A DNA stretch of 64,000 bases. It comes from Hydrolagus colliei. Lineage: Eukaryota. The position numbers and the translations under genes are program-made. The stretch is from NCBI GenBank assembly GCA_035084275.1, contig CM068761.1, positions 9,238,001-9,302,000 of the forward strand. Reading direction: 5' to 3'. The notes below the pieces were generated by a model. That model was not told the DNA's origin. It did no database searches and was given only the letters and a program-made list of their open reading frames with translations. How positions within the stretch are numbered: position 1 is the first letter of the stretch; every line of letters begins with the position of its first letter. Shown piece by piece: positions 35,669 through 50,200 of the stretch.

Positions 35669-38600
35669 AGACCCGTTCTCCCTAAATAAAGATCTAATTC
35701 CCTTTTAAAAGTTGTTATCGAAACAGCCTCCACCACCTTTTCAGGCAATACATTCCAGATTCGAACAACTCGCTGAGTGAAAAAATTTCTCCTCAGCTCC
35801 CCTCTACTTCGCCTTGAAACTATTTTAAATCTGTGACCACGAGTCACAGATTCACCCACGAGTGGAAATAGTTTTTCTCTATTTGCCATGTCGAAACCCC
35901 TCATGATCTTATAAACCTCTATTAGGTCTCCCCTCAATCTTCTCTGCTCCAGAGAGAATGAAGGCATTGGAAAGGGTACAACGAAGATTTACTAGGATGG
36001 TGCCAGGATTGAGGGACTTCAGCTATGAGGAGAGGCTAGATAGGCTAGGGTTATTCTCTCTGGAGCAGAGAAGATTGAGGGGAGACCTAATAGAGGTTTA
36101 TAAGATCATGAGGGGTTTCGACAGGGCAAATAGAGAAAAACTATTTCCACTCGTGGGTGAATCTGTGACTCGTGGTCACAGATTCAAAATAGTTTCAAGG
36201 CGCAGTAGAGGGGAGCTGAGGAGAAATGTTTTCACTCAGCGAGTTGTTCGAATCTGGAATGCATTGCCTGAAAAGGTGGTGGAGGCTGATTCGATAACAA
36301 CTTTTAAAAGGGAATTAGATCTTTATTTAGGAAGAACGGGTCTATTAGGCTATGGGGAGCGGGCAGGGCAATGGGATTGAATCGCTCTTTTCAAAGAGCC
36401 GGCACAGACTAGATGGGCCGAATGGCCTCCTTTTGTGCCGTACAATTCTATGATTCTATGATTCTATGATTCTAACCCTAGCCTATCTAGCCTCTCCTCA
36501 TAGCTGAAGTCCCTCAATCCTGGCACCATCCTAGTAAATCTTCGTTGTACCCTTTCCAATGCCTTCACATCCTTTCTGTAGTGTGGTGACCAGAATTGAA
36601 CACAGTATTCCAGCTGAGGCCTCACCAAAGTCTTATAGAGGTTAGTCAGCACTTCCTGACTTTTGTACTCTATACCCCTATTTATAAAGCCTAGTATCCC
36701 ATATGCCTTCTTAACAGCCTTGTCTACCTGTCCTGCCACCTTCAACGAGTCACTAACACAAATCCCCAGGTCTCTCTGTTCCTTTACACCATTTAAAATT
36801 GTACTATCTAGCCCATATTGGCTCCCTTCATTTCTTCTCCCAAAATGCATCACCTCACACTTCTCTGCATTAAACTTCATCTGCCATGTGTCTGCCCACT
36901 TTACCAATTTGTCTATATCCTCTTGCAGATGGGTACTATCCTCCTCACTGTTTACTATTCTCCCTAACTTAGTGTCATCTGCAAACTTGGAAACTGTACT
37001 CCGTACACCCAAGTCCAGATCATTGATGTAGATTACAAACAGCAATGGTCCCAAAACTGATCCCTGTGGCACACCACTGCTCACTTCCCTCCAATCTGAA
37101 AAACAGCCGCTCACTACAACTCTCTGCTTTCTGTCTCGCAGCCAGTTGTGGATCCACGCTGCCACTGTCCCTTTTACGCCATGGGCCTATAATTTCATAA
37201 TAAGTCTCTCATGTGGCACTTTGTCAAATGCCTTTTGAAAGTCCATGTAAACTACATCAACTGCGCTACCATTATCCACCCATTCCGTTACCTCATCAAA
37301 AAATTCTATCAGATTTGGAAGGCGCGATTTGCCTTTAACAAATCCATGTTGACTGTCCTTTATTAGCCTATATCTTTCTAAGTGAAGATCTACCTTGTCC
37401 CTGATTATGGACTCTAGAAGTTTGCCCACTACCGACGTTAGACTGACTGGTCTGTAGTTACCAGGCTTGTGCTTCTGCCCCTTTTTATACAAGGGAGTAA
37501 CATTAGCTATCCTCCAGTCCTCTGGCACGACCCCTGTGTCCAAGGAAGATTGAAAGATCGTGGCCAGAGTCCCTGCTATTTGCTCCCGTGCCTCACTTAG
37601 TAACCTAGGGTGCATCCCATCCGGACCAGGTGACTTATCCACCTTGAGCGACGTCAACCTTTTTAGCCCTTCCTCTCTGGTTATAATTATTCTATCCATT
37701 TCTCCTACCCTCTCCTCTAATACCATGGCATTGGCTGTATCATTTTCTTTTGTGAAGACAGAGGCGAAGTACTCATTCAGTACATCAGCCATGCCCTCTG
37801 CCTCCACAATGAGATTTCCTCCTAGATCCCTAATTGGCCCCACCCTATCCTTGACCAACCTTTTACTCTTAATATGTTGGTAAAAAAAACCTTAGGGTTC
37901 CCCTTAATCTTACTCTCTAATTGTTTCTCATGCAGTCTCTTTGCCCCTCTAACTTCATTTTTTAGTTCTATCCTACACTTCCTATATTCTGCTTGGTTCC
38001 CTTCTGAATTTTGAGCCTGACACTTATCATAAGCCTCTTTTTTTTGTTTTATTTTGGCCCCGATTTCCTTAGTCATCCAGGGAGGTTTGGATGCCTTACA
38101 TTTCACCTTTGTGGGGATGCTTTTGACCTGTGCCTGAACTATCTCCTCTTTGAACGCTGCCCACTGCTCGTTAGTTGTCTTACCTGCCAATTTTTCTTTC
38201 CAATCCACCTTGGCTAGGTCCCACCTCAACTCATTGAAATTAGCCCTTTTCCAATTGAGTGTCCTCACCTGTGATCATTCCTTATCCCTTTCCATGATTA
38301 TTCTGAATCTAATGATATTGTGGTCACTATTCCCTAGATGCTCACCTACAGAAACCTGTTGAACTTGCCCTACCTCATTTCCCAAAACTAGATCCAGCAA
38401 TGCTTCTTTCCTCGTTGGACTGGAAACATACTGATCAAGAAAGTTGTCCTGCACACACTTCAGGAATTCTTCTCCCTCCTTGCCCTTTACTCTACTATTC
38501 TGCCAGTCTATGTTGGGATAGTTGAAGTCACCCATTATTACTACTCTATTAGCTCTGCATTTCTCCGTGATATGCTTGCAGATCTGCTTGTCTATCTCCT

Positions 38601-38880
38601 CCCCACTATTTGGTGGTCTATAGTATACCCCTAACAGTGTAACTGCACCTTTTTTATTCCTCATTTCTAACCAGATAGATTCGGTTTTTAGTCCTTCTTC
38701 CACCTCGTTCCTTTCTAAGGCAGTCACTGAGTCCTTAACTAAAATTGCCACCCCGCCCCCTTTTCTCCCTTCTGTATCCCTCCTGAATACATTATAACCA
38801 GGAATGTTCAACTCCCATTCCTGCCCATGCTGGAGCCAAGTCTCTGTTACTGCTATAACATCATATCGCCTAGCAGCAAC
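35669..38880 (-). mobile_element. Long CR1 ORF2 (endonuclease plus RT), frameshifted, interrupted by a nested CR1
   Basis: ORFs 38275..38970 (YDVIAVTETWL, GDFN, SDHN), 37822..38268, 37187..37858 (KSPGPDG, NYRPVSLTS, DFQKAFDKV), 36464..37165 ([16 protein letters not shown]) and 35653..35958. Confidence 0.96.
35959..36472 (+). mobile_element. CR1 3' fragment nested in the opposite orientation inside the long CR1
   Basis: ORF 35958..36380 and (ATTCTATG)n tail; the host sequence agagagaa|taaccctag is split by it. Confidence 0.93.
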
Positions 38881-39052
38881 CTGAGCCTGCGAGGCGATAT
38901 GATGTACAGGAAATATTTCATTGTTAAGATCTATGGACTTGAATAAATGTGACCTTAAGTTTAAATCCAAAATGTTGGTTGTCTGTGCTTATTATTTCAA
39001 TGACAGGCCTAATATATTTTTCAGGTTATGTAACCTTACCCGTTATTTCAAC

Positions 39053-40165
39053 AACAACAACTTCGATTTATATCTCGCCCTCCACGCCGGACCGCATCTC
39101 AGAGCGTTTCACCATAGCGGATCCCGGGACCAAGCCAGGGGCAGGGGCAGAAAGGTGACTAAAGGCGCGGTCGAAGAGAAAGGTCTTCAACTGTGACCTG
39201 AAACTGAGAAAAGAGGCGAAGGTAGTGAGGGAGGGAACCCTTGTAAAAAAAGTACCATGGTAATGGTGGTAGTATCATGGTACTACCACCTTTAACATAG
39301 TACTTTTTTACAAGGGAATTCCAGAACCTCAGGGCATAGTGGCTGAAGGCCCGGCCACCGAGGGTGGTGCGGAAGATTCAGGGACATGGAGGAGGCCAGA
39401 CCCGGTGGAGCGAAGGCAATGGGAGCTGGTTTGAAGAGAAAGGAGATCAGAGAGACAGGGGGGTGCAGAGGAGTGGAGGGATTTGAAAACAAGGATGAGG
39501 ATCTTGAAGTCGATCCTCTCAGGGATAGGGAACTAGTGAAGTCTGGCAAGGACTGGGGTAATGGAGGAGCGAAATTTGGTGCAGGTGAGTATGCGGGCGG
39601 CAGAGTTTTGGATGAGTTGGATTTTATGGATTGTGGTGGAGGGGAGACTAGCGAGGAGGGCATTTGAATAGTCCAGCCGTGAGGTGACGAAGGCATGGAT
39701 CAAGGTTTCAGCGGCTTTTGGGGTGAGGTATTGCCGGAGATGGGCAATCTTTTGGAGGTGGAAGAAGGCGGTGCTGGTGAGGGACCGGATGTGGGGGAGG
39801 AAGGACAGTTGGGGGTTGAACCGGACACCTAGGTTGCGCACAGGTTCAGTGAGTTTCAGGGGGAGACTGGGAAGGTGGAGGAGCTGAGAGCCATATGAAT
39901 GGAGACGTTGACAACAGCCAAAGAGTATGGCCTCCATCTTGTCAACACTCAGCTCCAAGAAATTTACACTCATCCAGCTCCTGATGTTTGACAGGCAGGC
40001 TGACAGAACATCAGGGGACTGAGGGTCGCAAAGTGAAGTGGAGAAATAGTGTTGGGTGTCATCTGCGTACATTTGGAAGTGTGCCCCGTGTCTGCGGATG
40101 ACATCCCCAAGAGGGAGCATATAGATGAGGAAGAGGAGGGGACCGAAGATGGATCCCTGGGGTAC
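39053..40165 (-). mobile_element. L2 LINE fragment
   Basis: (CAA)n tail at 39051-39061; ORF 39533..40120 (FQMYADDTQ, SRLDYSN). Confidence 0.9.
39238..39316. mobile_element. 79-bp miniature inverted-repeat element (MITE) with 2-bp TSD
   Basis: TIR CCCTTGTAAAAAAAGTAC / GTACTTTTTTACAAGGG; AA on both sides; interrupts the L2 motif gggaattcc seen intact at about 9770. Confidence 0.85.
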
Positions 40166-41220
40166 CCGACAGGTGACTGGGTAAGAGCGGGAGCCGCAAT
40201 CACGATATAAATATAATTTTCTATCACCTCAGGTCCAAACACTGAATGTGCAGTGCCTTGGGAAGTCCTCCCGATGTGAACTGTGCTATACAAATGTCAT
40301 TTTATTGTTGTACCACATTTTGCCCCACATGCATTTTTTAAATCTACATGTATATGCTATTCATAAATTCATATGATGATCATCAGTCAGGAAATCAGTG
40401 GAGCACTTGGAGCCAGTGTTGTATCATTTCTTGGTCCTAAGTTATACCAATCATAGTTTGCCTGCAGGGCCTTATTTTGAACCCTCACTTTTTAAGTTGA
40501 ATAATAATGATACATTTATGCTTTCACTTATTTCAGCCTCACATTTGATACAGCACCTTTCAAGCTGCGAAGAGATCTCAAAGGACAATATGGGAGAATG
40601 TGGCAGCTAATCGTCGCACAGCAATGTCCCACAAACAACAATGAATTACGTGTTTCAGTCATCAAGAACTATTTGCTTGTGCCTGTCCAGTAATTAAAAA
40701 GTATTGGATTCTGATTTTAATTCCTCATCAAGCCTGATGCTGAAGTCAAATATGAAATCATCCCTATTTCCAAAATGCTCCAGAAATGGTTGCCCATCTT
40801 TCACAATGTGAATCTTGTTGCTTTGGGGAATGGAGTTTTGCAAATATTTAATGAAATATGATACAAAACACATTCATAGAAAGGCATTATACTTGAGGCT
40901 ATCAGTTCACCACATTTGGGATTATTTGTCAACAATTTAAATTCAGTTTCAATTCCTTGGTATACTTGAGATCATCAATTTACAAATGTTGGAATTGCAG
41001 TATTTTGCAAATCATTAGATTCAGATTCAATTCCTCTTTGTTTAACTGTGAAATCTATGACATTTGCACAATGATTCCAGATCAAGAATAGCACATAATG
41101 TATATTAAAAGTTCAGCATAAAATTAGTAAACCAGGAAATAAATCAGCAAAACGCCACATGAAGAGTGCATTCTAGTTCATTCCACACCACTGCAGTTCA
41201 GAAACAGGATTCGGTTAAGA

Positions 41221-44200
41221 ATGGAACATAAAGACGCTACAGATTCCTTACAGAATTTCCAAATTTATGATGATGCAAATCTTTCATTTATTAACAAAGG
41301 TACCACTTAAATTAATGTGGCAGATTCATTTTCAATTTTAACCTTGTAAACAAAGTATGAAATCTAGGTTATTGTCGCATTGCTTAAATTGGTCTTTGTA
41401 ACAGATCCATTGTCTATATATCCTGATGTAGGGAATAGCTGGACTCGATGGGCAGAACAAATGAAGAAGAACAGGCTTCACCGGTTTGGTGGCATTTTGG
41501 TCTTTCTGATGCTCACGTCAGTCCTCGGTATCATTGCATGTAAGTTTTGGCAATGTAGAAGATTTCTGAGGGTATTTGGAATTTGACACAGATATTAGAG
41601 AATCGAGTAAGAGGATAACAGAATTAATACCCACCCACTAATCCATCCCACTGTCCCCCATCCATTCATCACTTGCCTTAAGCCATTTATTTATTTATGC
41701 ACCCACCTTCTAACTCACCCGATCATTTATTTAAAGCCGTGTAAAGCACTTTGAGACATCTTCTCAGTATGAAAGGGGACATATACATGTAACTACCATT
41801 GTAATGTATTATATTATAGCCATTTGTCCATTATTCAGTAATTTGATACAATAATTCATAGCAGATTATGTATTTTTGAAAACTGCTTACCATTATTTTG
41901 CAGATGTAACTCTATCAGACAAAATCAAAGCCATGCAACAGTCAATCGGCAATAGGGCTGAAATGCAATACTTTCCAAAAAACGGTATGAAAATAAATTT
42001 TCATTTTTTCTGATTTTTCTCCTTTTAAACCTTTATAAAGTACAATTCTAGAGCTGCCTCTGATACATGCCCGACTGGTCATATTTCATACAAAAATTAT
42101 TTCTGTGATTTTTAAAAGATAATAAACATCTTGGCCATGCAGCAATCATAGCAAAGCCACACAGGAGGAGTCCCTGAGAATAGATTTTGTATTCATATGT
42201 TTATTACAACAATAAATCAATTCAAAGTTGATGTTTGAAAAGTCTGGGTCTATTCAGTCATACCGATGGAAATCAATGTTTGATCAAAGGCCGACGATCA
42301 GTTATATATGCTCTATTCCGTATTTCTCTGGCTCATTCCCCTCATTTGTGCACCTTACCCTGAGCCATCCAGCCAATTTTTCCTTCAAAATCGTTTTCAT
42401 TTACCACCCCACTTTGGACTTGAAAGGCACTCTACAAAACCATTTTATTGTTGTTCTTACAAAGAACCACAGAGCAAGAATGATGATCTTATAATGTATT
42501 TCAGAAGTTTCTAATTTTATTTTTTAAAAAACAGAAGTGTGATCATGGAAGAAAATTGTCTTTGTTACAGATTTAGTGTTGCCAAATGCAGAGAGGTGAG
42601 AAAACGGGGGTTACATTTGAAGTTACCTCAAAGCTGGCTAAAATTCAATAATTTGTAGAAAACAAACACACACAAAAAATGCTTCTCAATATTTTAGTAG
42701 CCGAAGTCGGTGTTTTTTTTCAACTGTTTATAACATTTTGTAACTTTATATAAAAGTTCTAAGAAAATAGCTATTTAAAAAGGCTGGGGGATTAATTCAC
42801 ATCACTGTTTTTAGGGACCAAATCAATTGAGGCAATAAAACATTTGTCAAATATTGTGTTAAGAATATGATGCTGAAGTGCAAATTCTAAAAGATAAAAT
42901 ATTAACTTTTAGTATTATTATCCATATGTCAAGAAGTGGAGGATATTGTGTTAGACTTCAATACTTATCTCTCATCTTGATTGGCGCTAACTGATTGAAC
43001 ATCATATGGATAATACTACTGAAACAAATTGCCAAAGATAGGATTGCAAAAAGTCAATCTTAACCAATGTGCGATAATTGTTGAATAGCTCTCTGAACAT
43101 TGGTTGAATGCCCATTCAAATAATTTTGTTGACCACACTAAAAAGTTTGTTTTCACAATTCATATGGCATAGTACACAATATTCATTGGCAGATCCAAAA
43201 TAGACTTCTGTTGATATGGTTTTGCAGTGTACAACTTGGAAGCATACGGATAATGCCAGTTGATGTCCCTCAATATATTATTGTTTTTGGAGTTTCAGTT
43301 CAGCTAAACGCGATGGAGCGTGGTTCTTTTCAGCAGTGAAACAAGCATTGTATTACGTTCCACGGATAATGTTATTGCATTAGAGACGTAATATACAATG
43401 TTGAATTCAATCACTAATTGTCCGAATGTGATATTGCATAAATCTATTCATTGATACTGTGATTGTTTTTCAGATGGAAATCTAACCAAAAATCTAAAAA
43501 CTCTAAGTGAGTTTATCACCATGACGACTGGGGAACTGGAGAACCTAAAAGAAACAGGCATATTTCTAAACACTTTTCTTCATACAGGATGGCACACTTT
43601 AGATTTGTATGAAAATTCAGCCAAACTGGAATCTCAGTTGAAACTTTTCTGTATCATGCTTATTTATACCCCTTCTTTATCCAATCCATTTTTACTATAA
43701 AAGTATTTTATCGAAAGTTGTAGATGATTTCAATCTGGGAAAACAAAAGTGGTCAGGTGGTTATTATTTTTCATCAGAGAATTAAGTGATAATATCACAT
43801 TTTATCATTTCGATTTACCCATGAAGACTAGCCCCTTTTCCTACTGGATGGATGATAAATAATTGAATTATGTCTATGTTCTATTGATTTAGATCAGAGT
43901 GATCCAACTGGTGGCCTGCGGGCCACATATGTCCCAGGGAATAATACTATCTGGCCTACCGCAAACCACTCTAAACTTCAATGATGCCTCTATTTCGGTC
44001 AGTCTCCACATAGGACTCATGAGGGTCCTCATAGGATTCAGTATCATATGATGCTGAAGCCTCTAGGTATACGTTCTATGTCCAAACACAAGAAAACTAA
44101 TAGTACTATTAATAACAATCCTTGCATTTGATACAGTGGCATTCAAGTTTGGAGAACGTACCTAAGGGCTTAGTAAGATTTACTGTAAAGTCTAGTTATT

Positions 44201-47200
44201 GTGAATTTTGTAAGTGAACATGGCAGCCGATTTACCCAGAACAGAAACGAGTTCCTTTCACTGAATGAAAATATTGAAGAAATTCATATTATTTTTAAAA
44301 ATTGTTTTTGACTTCTTTAGATACATCAATAAATAAACATTTGACACTATTGGAAGACTCACAGACACAAACCCATTCTGAATTGCAAAAATTCAAAGGT
44401 AACATTTTCTTATTTTCGATTCTCTTAATATGTGATTATGTTGAGCACAAATAATTCTAAAATCTATCAACACAACTATTGCTCATGTTGATCGGGTGTA
44501 GTATCATTTTTAGATGTTAGTTGAGATATTTAAATCATACTTTAAATTCCTATCTTTAAAATATATAAAATAGAAATGTTCAATGAATGGCATTCATGTC
44601 ATCAGGTTCAGTTAGTCTATTTGAAAGAAAATCATGAAAAGTGTAGAGTGTCCAGAACAATATTATACTCCACATTGTGTTCAGATTCACAGTTTGATGG
44701 AGTCCTCATCCAGACGCAGAATTTGAACACTCTTAATATGTCATTTTATGTCAAGTTGAATAATCTCCAAAGTGAAGGTAGGAACTTTCGTGTCAATGCT
44801 TATTGTCATGCAGGTACATAGATACATATAAATATAATATAATTTATATTAACTCTGAAAATTAAGGGTGTTTGACAATATGAGCAAGCCAATTAGAAGT
44901 ATGAAATAATTTTATAAATATAATGTTAGATTAATTACAGTACTATGATGTTTCATCTCTACTAGTAACAGGAAATAAAAGCAGGTCATATTGTATGCAA
45001 AAATGATAGAAACAATTGGAAAAAAACCTATATGAATGCCATTCAAAATACATTGAAAAAAAAACTTCTGTTGGCTATACAGTATACTGCCAGAAAGCAA
45101 AGGGCAGTGTTATGGGAATTCACCAGCAGTTACGGGGATGGCATTTAAAGTTTAGATTTGGTATCTAGTGGATATAATACCAAAAACAACAACTTTCATT
45201 TATGTAGTGCCAGCATAAGCAGAACCTGACATCTTTCTAGGGAGAGTGGGAGGTGACCACAGTCATGGTCGAAGAAGAAGGTTTTAAGGCATGATCTGAA
45301 GATGGGGAGGAGGGAGTGAGTTCCAGAGTTTGAGGCTAAAAGCACGGGAACATCCGAACAGGGATTGCCCATTCAGCGCTTCGAGTCTGTCCCTGATGAN
45401 NNNNNNNNNNNNNNNNNNNNNNNNNNNNNNNNNNNNNNNNNNNNNNNNNNNNNNNNNNNNNNNNNNNNNNNNNNNNNNNNNNNNNNNNNNNNNNNNNNNN
45501 NNNNNNNNNNNNNNNNNNNNNNNNNNNNNNNNNNNNNNNNNNNNNNNNNNNNNNNNNNNNNNNNNNNNNNNNNNNNNNNNNNNNNNNNNNNNNNNNNNNN
45601 NNNNNNNNNNNNNNNNNNNNNNNNNNNNNNNNNNNNNNNNNNNNNNNNNNNNNNNNNNNTTGGAGCAGCTGGATTTTCTGGTTATGTCAGATATTGACTT
45701 TTTTTTTACTGTTTAACCCCAATAACCACAAAATGAGGATTTAAATGGTAGGTAAGATGGGACAGATGTAGTGTGATAGCACTCTAAATTTCCTTTCATC
45801 TTATCATACCAAGTTATTAATAGGAATCTCAGAAGGACATTCAAGAGAATTCCTTTTAGTTTAAACAATCTTTTTCCAATATTTTGCATCTAATAATCCA
45901 CAGAAGCAACATTAGTTACATTTTGGAAGTTTATTTCAATCATTACAGAAGAGTTACAAGAAGTATGTTTCTAAAAAGCAAAGTGTAGCTGTGTGTATAT
46001 TCTTGCAGAGGTGTTACCACCTAGTAAAGCATATATCTGAAACAAAGTATTTGTTCAGAGGAGGTTATTGTTAATTGAAACTGTTGCATACATTCAAATT
46101 AGGTGCTCAATGCAAAAGTTAATATGGTGATCATTTGCCTAATATTTGCCTAAATAATCATAATAAATTAGTCACTACAATCCACGACTGTTTGTGGGAC
46201 ACTACTGTGTACAAATTATTTCCATTACAGCATGTAATGGGATGCAAATTTTGTATCTTGTTGGTTTGCCAGTGAGCTGGTTGACAGAGACTGAAACATT
46301 AATTCAAGTAGATCTGTTCTTATCCACATTAGGAAGAATATAGCTTTATTAAAATAGAATTGTGAATGTCTGCTAAAACTGCATTATTGTGTAATTATTA
46401 TACAAACATGTTCCTTTCAGTTATATCTACATCGAACCATGTTCAAAAGCTGCAGGAATCTATCTCAACTATAATAGAATCTATCAAGAACCTGACAAGA
46501 TGCAGTAAGACAAACCTAGCTATTTAAAATCGATTTATGATGGTAATTTTTATATCAATGTTACAAGACTCTAAACAAAAGGTTGTGTATTTGATACACA
46601 TAGATGACTTAATAATTATTCTTGTATTTCACATAACAAGTCAAATATATCTCAAAGTTTACTGTAAAGTGTAGAAATTGTGTATCTGCAGGCTAATGCA
46701 CCAATGAATTTGAGGGCAGCAAATAGGCATAAACATCGCACAAAGAACCATTAAGTGAATAACCATTTTGTTTAGTTAGGGATTGTTGCCAGCATTCACT
46801 TCTCTGTCTATATAATGCCATGGGATCACTAATGTCCACCTTAAAAGGCAGACAGGGGAGGTTATTCAACATCTCTTCCAAAGGAAGCCACCTCACGCAA
46901 TGCAGCACTCCCCCAGCTCTGCAGTGAAGTGTCAATATGAGCTCAAAGTCTTTATTTAGGGCTGCAAGTAACAAAGTTCCCTGCAATTTCTGAATAAAGA
47001 ACAATGACAACTTGCATTTAAATAGCGGCCCTCACACAGAGTAGTGACTCCGAGCACTTGACTCGCGGCGGAGCCCGACTCTGAGCCGGGTAGAGGGGAG
47101 GTGACCATAGGCAAAGTCAACTAGGAAGGTCTTCAGGCGGGAACTGAAGTTAGGGAACAAAGCAGAGGGATAGAGGTGCTTCAGGGTTTCAGGGCTTAGT

Positions 47201-50200
47201 GGCTGAAAGCACGCCCACCAATAGAGGAAAAGTGGAATGATGGAGTCCTGTAGCTCAGTGATTATAGTACTCGTCTTGCAAGCGAGAGACCTGGGTTTGA
47301 TTCCAAGCAGGTCAGGCGAAATCTTGGGCAAGTTTCCTTACTCCACACGCCTAATAATAATCCTTCAAAATAAAAACACAATAATAAAATTGGTAATTTC
47401 AATCCACAACTCTTTGTGGGACACTGCTGTGCGCAATTGGCTGACACATTTTGCCCACAAATATACAATCAATACACTTTACACTAAATAATGTGAAGCA
47501 CCTTGAGGCCTCTAGAAGACTTGAAAAGCACTATATCAAAAGCAATGATTATTATTTATTATTATCATTAACAGAAGTTATGAGGAATGTGCTGAAACTT
47601 GGTGCCAGTCCAGCAGATGCTGCAGTTTTCAGAATCAGAAATGAAAATGGTCCCAACTGAGCCATACACTTTAAGAAGGAAGGAAAATATTAATTATGAT
47701 TGCCAAGTTAATATTTTAACTATTAAAACATTCCTTACATTTATTTTACAAAGCAACAGACTAAATCCATCTCACATTAGTCTGTAAGGCCAATTTGTTT
47801 TCAAATTTAAGATAGTACAGAATTTGGAACCAGTTCTTTTAAGAACTTCAATCTAAATTAAAACTTCATGTAAAAACATTTTCAAACATCTACTCGATCA
47901 AAACTTTAGGCCAAATAGTCTTATGATGAACTTTGACTCAATGCAATTTTGAGCCTAGGGATTGAAATCAGAACTTTCTGGCCCCCACCAGTTTACATGT
48001 TCAGCACATTTCCAGGACACCAATGCACAAAACATTTTCAAACAGGAGAAGTAATTGATCAACTTTCAAGTTCAATATCCCTATAGCTATTTGGTGGAAA
48101 CAAGAGCAACGGTGGTAATTAGCTGGATATATATCTTGAAAATCAGAAAAGTACAAATGCTTTTCACAAGCAACGGAGGAATTTATTTTAAAATTGAATT
48201 GCATATATTGAAAAAAGAGCTTCAAGTTTCAGTATATTCAATAAATTCATATATTGGCCCATTTCTCCTCAATTTATGATTTTGCAATAAACATTTCCCT
48301 GGCAATTTTAAGTAAATTATGCTATTTTGGTAAAGTATTTATGATTGTAGGAGTGTGCGCTAATATTTGATATTTTAGAACACAGAAACAGGTATTTCTT
48401 CTTTCAAATACAATACTTGATTTCCAATAGAGAAACAAGTTTTCAAAAAATAATGATTATCATATAATGATTAGGAAGCAATACCTGCTCAAAAGACTGG
48501 ACAATATTTGCTGGGAGCTGCTATTTTTTTTCACTCTCTTCTGCTACCTTTGAAAATGCACAAGCACACTGCAAGTCAAGTCAATCAAATCTTGTTGTGA
48601 TCAACAATAAGCAGGAACAGGTAAGACATGAATTATTTTACAAAATATTTTGGTGTATAAAACAAACCCTGACATTTTCAGATGCTTTTATGTACCGAAT
48701 ATTTCAGTTATAATGGATGACAATATTTTTCCAAACATTAATGATAAGGCATTGTTCACGTGAAAATTAAAAACTTTCCATTGAGCAGTGATCTGATAAC
48801 CCTTGTTAAATTCCTGCTCAGTTCACCTCCACTGGGATTGCCAAATTAATCGAAGCACAGAAAATATTGAACAATTTGTTAATTTAAATGAAAATTTCTG
48901 ACATCATCAAACTTTCCCTCTCCTCAGGCACCGTCCCTACCTCCCTTAAAACCGCCACCATCACCCCTATCTTGAAGAAACCCTCCCTTGTCGCAGCCAT
49001 CAAGCTATCGACCCATCTCCAACCTCCTGTTTTTATCCAAGGTCCTTGAAAGAGTGGTTGCCTCCCAGCTCCGCTTTTCCTTTCAACTCACTCACTCCTT
49101 GAACCCCTCCAATCAGGTTTCCGCCCTATTCACAGCACAGAAACTGCCCTGGTTAAGGTTACAAATGACATCCTAACTGCCTGTGACCAGGGCTCCCTCT
49201 GCCTCCTCGTCCTCCTTGACCTGTCTGCTGCGTTCGACACAGTCGATCACACCATCCTCCTCCAACGTCTTTCCTCCCACCTCAACCTTCAAGGCACAGT
49301 CCTTGACTGGTTCCATTCCTACCTGACCCACCGTTTACACTTTGTATCTTCCAATGGTTTTTCCTCAAACCCCCGCACAGTTTCTCATGGCGTCCCTCAG
49401 GGCTCTGTCCTCGGCCCCCTCCTTTTCACACTTTATACGCTCCCTCTGGGCGACGTCATCCGCAAACATGGGGTAAATTTCCACATGTATGCGGACGACA
49501 CCCAGTTGTACCTTTCTGCCTCATCCCTCAACCCCCAGACCATCGATGTTCTGACAGCATGTCTGTCCGACATCGAGTCCTGGACGAGAGAAAACTTCCT
49601 GCAATTGAACGTGAGTAAGACCGAGGCCCTCCTGATTGGCTCAAGCCAGCGCCTCCGCACATCGGGCGCTGCCAGCCTCAACATACGAGGCTGCACTCTC
49701 CACTTCACAAAGCCAATCAGGAACCTCGGCATCACGTTCGACCAAAAACTCTCCTTCCTCCCCCACATCCGCGCCTTGACCGGCACCGCTTACTTCCACC
49801 TGCGCAACATTGCCAGGCTCCGCAATTATCTTACCCCCCGCGCTGCCGAAACACTCGTGCACGCGTACATCACCTCAAGGCTGGACTACGGGAACTCTCT
49901 CCTCGTCGGCCTCCCCAGTTCCTCCATTCACAGGCTGCAGGTCATCCAAAACTCTGCAGCCCGTGTATTATCCCGCACCCGCCTCCGCGACCATATAACC
50001 CCCACCCTCGCCCGTCTCCATTGGCTCCCCATCCTCCAGAGGATCGAGTTCAAGATCCTCGGCCTCACCTTCAAGGCCTTACATGGCCTTGCCCCGCCCT
50101 ATTTAACCAATTTACTCTCCACCTACAAGCCCACCCAGACCCTCCGCTCAGCAGGACTTGGCCTGCTCCAAGCCCCCCGCCCAAACCGCCCCACCATCGG

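Noticed and set aside
42571-42595. Extra 25-nt lectin neck exon (ttacag|...gagag|gtgaga)
   Set aside because: It is not a multiple of three and would break the otherwise continuous frame.
45330-45716. ORFs spanning 45330..45716
   Set aside because: Artefact of translating the N gap.
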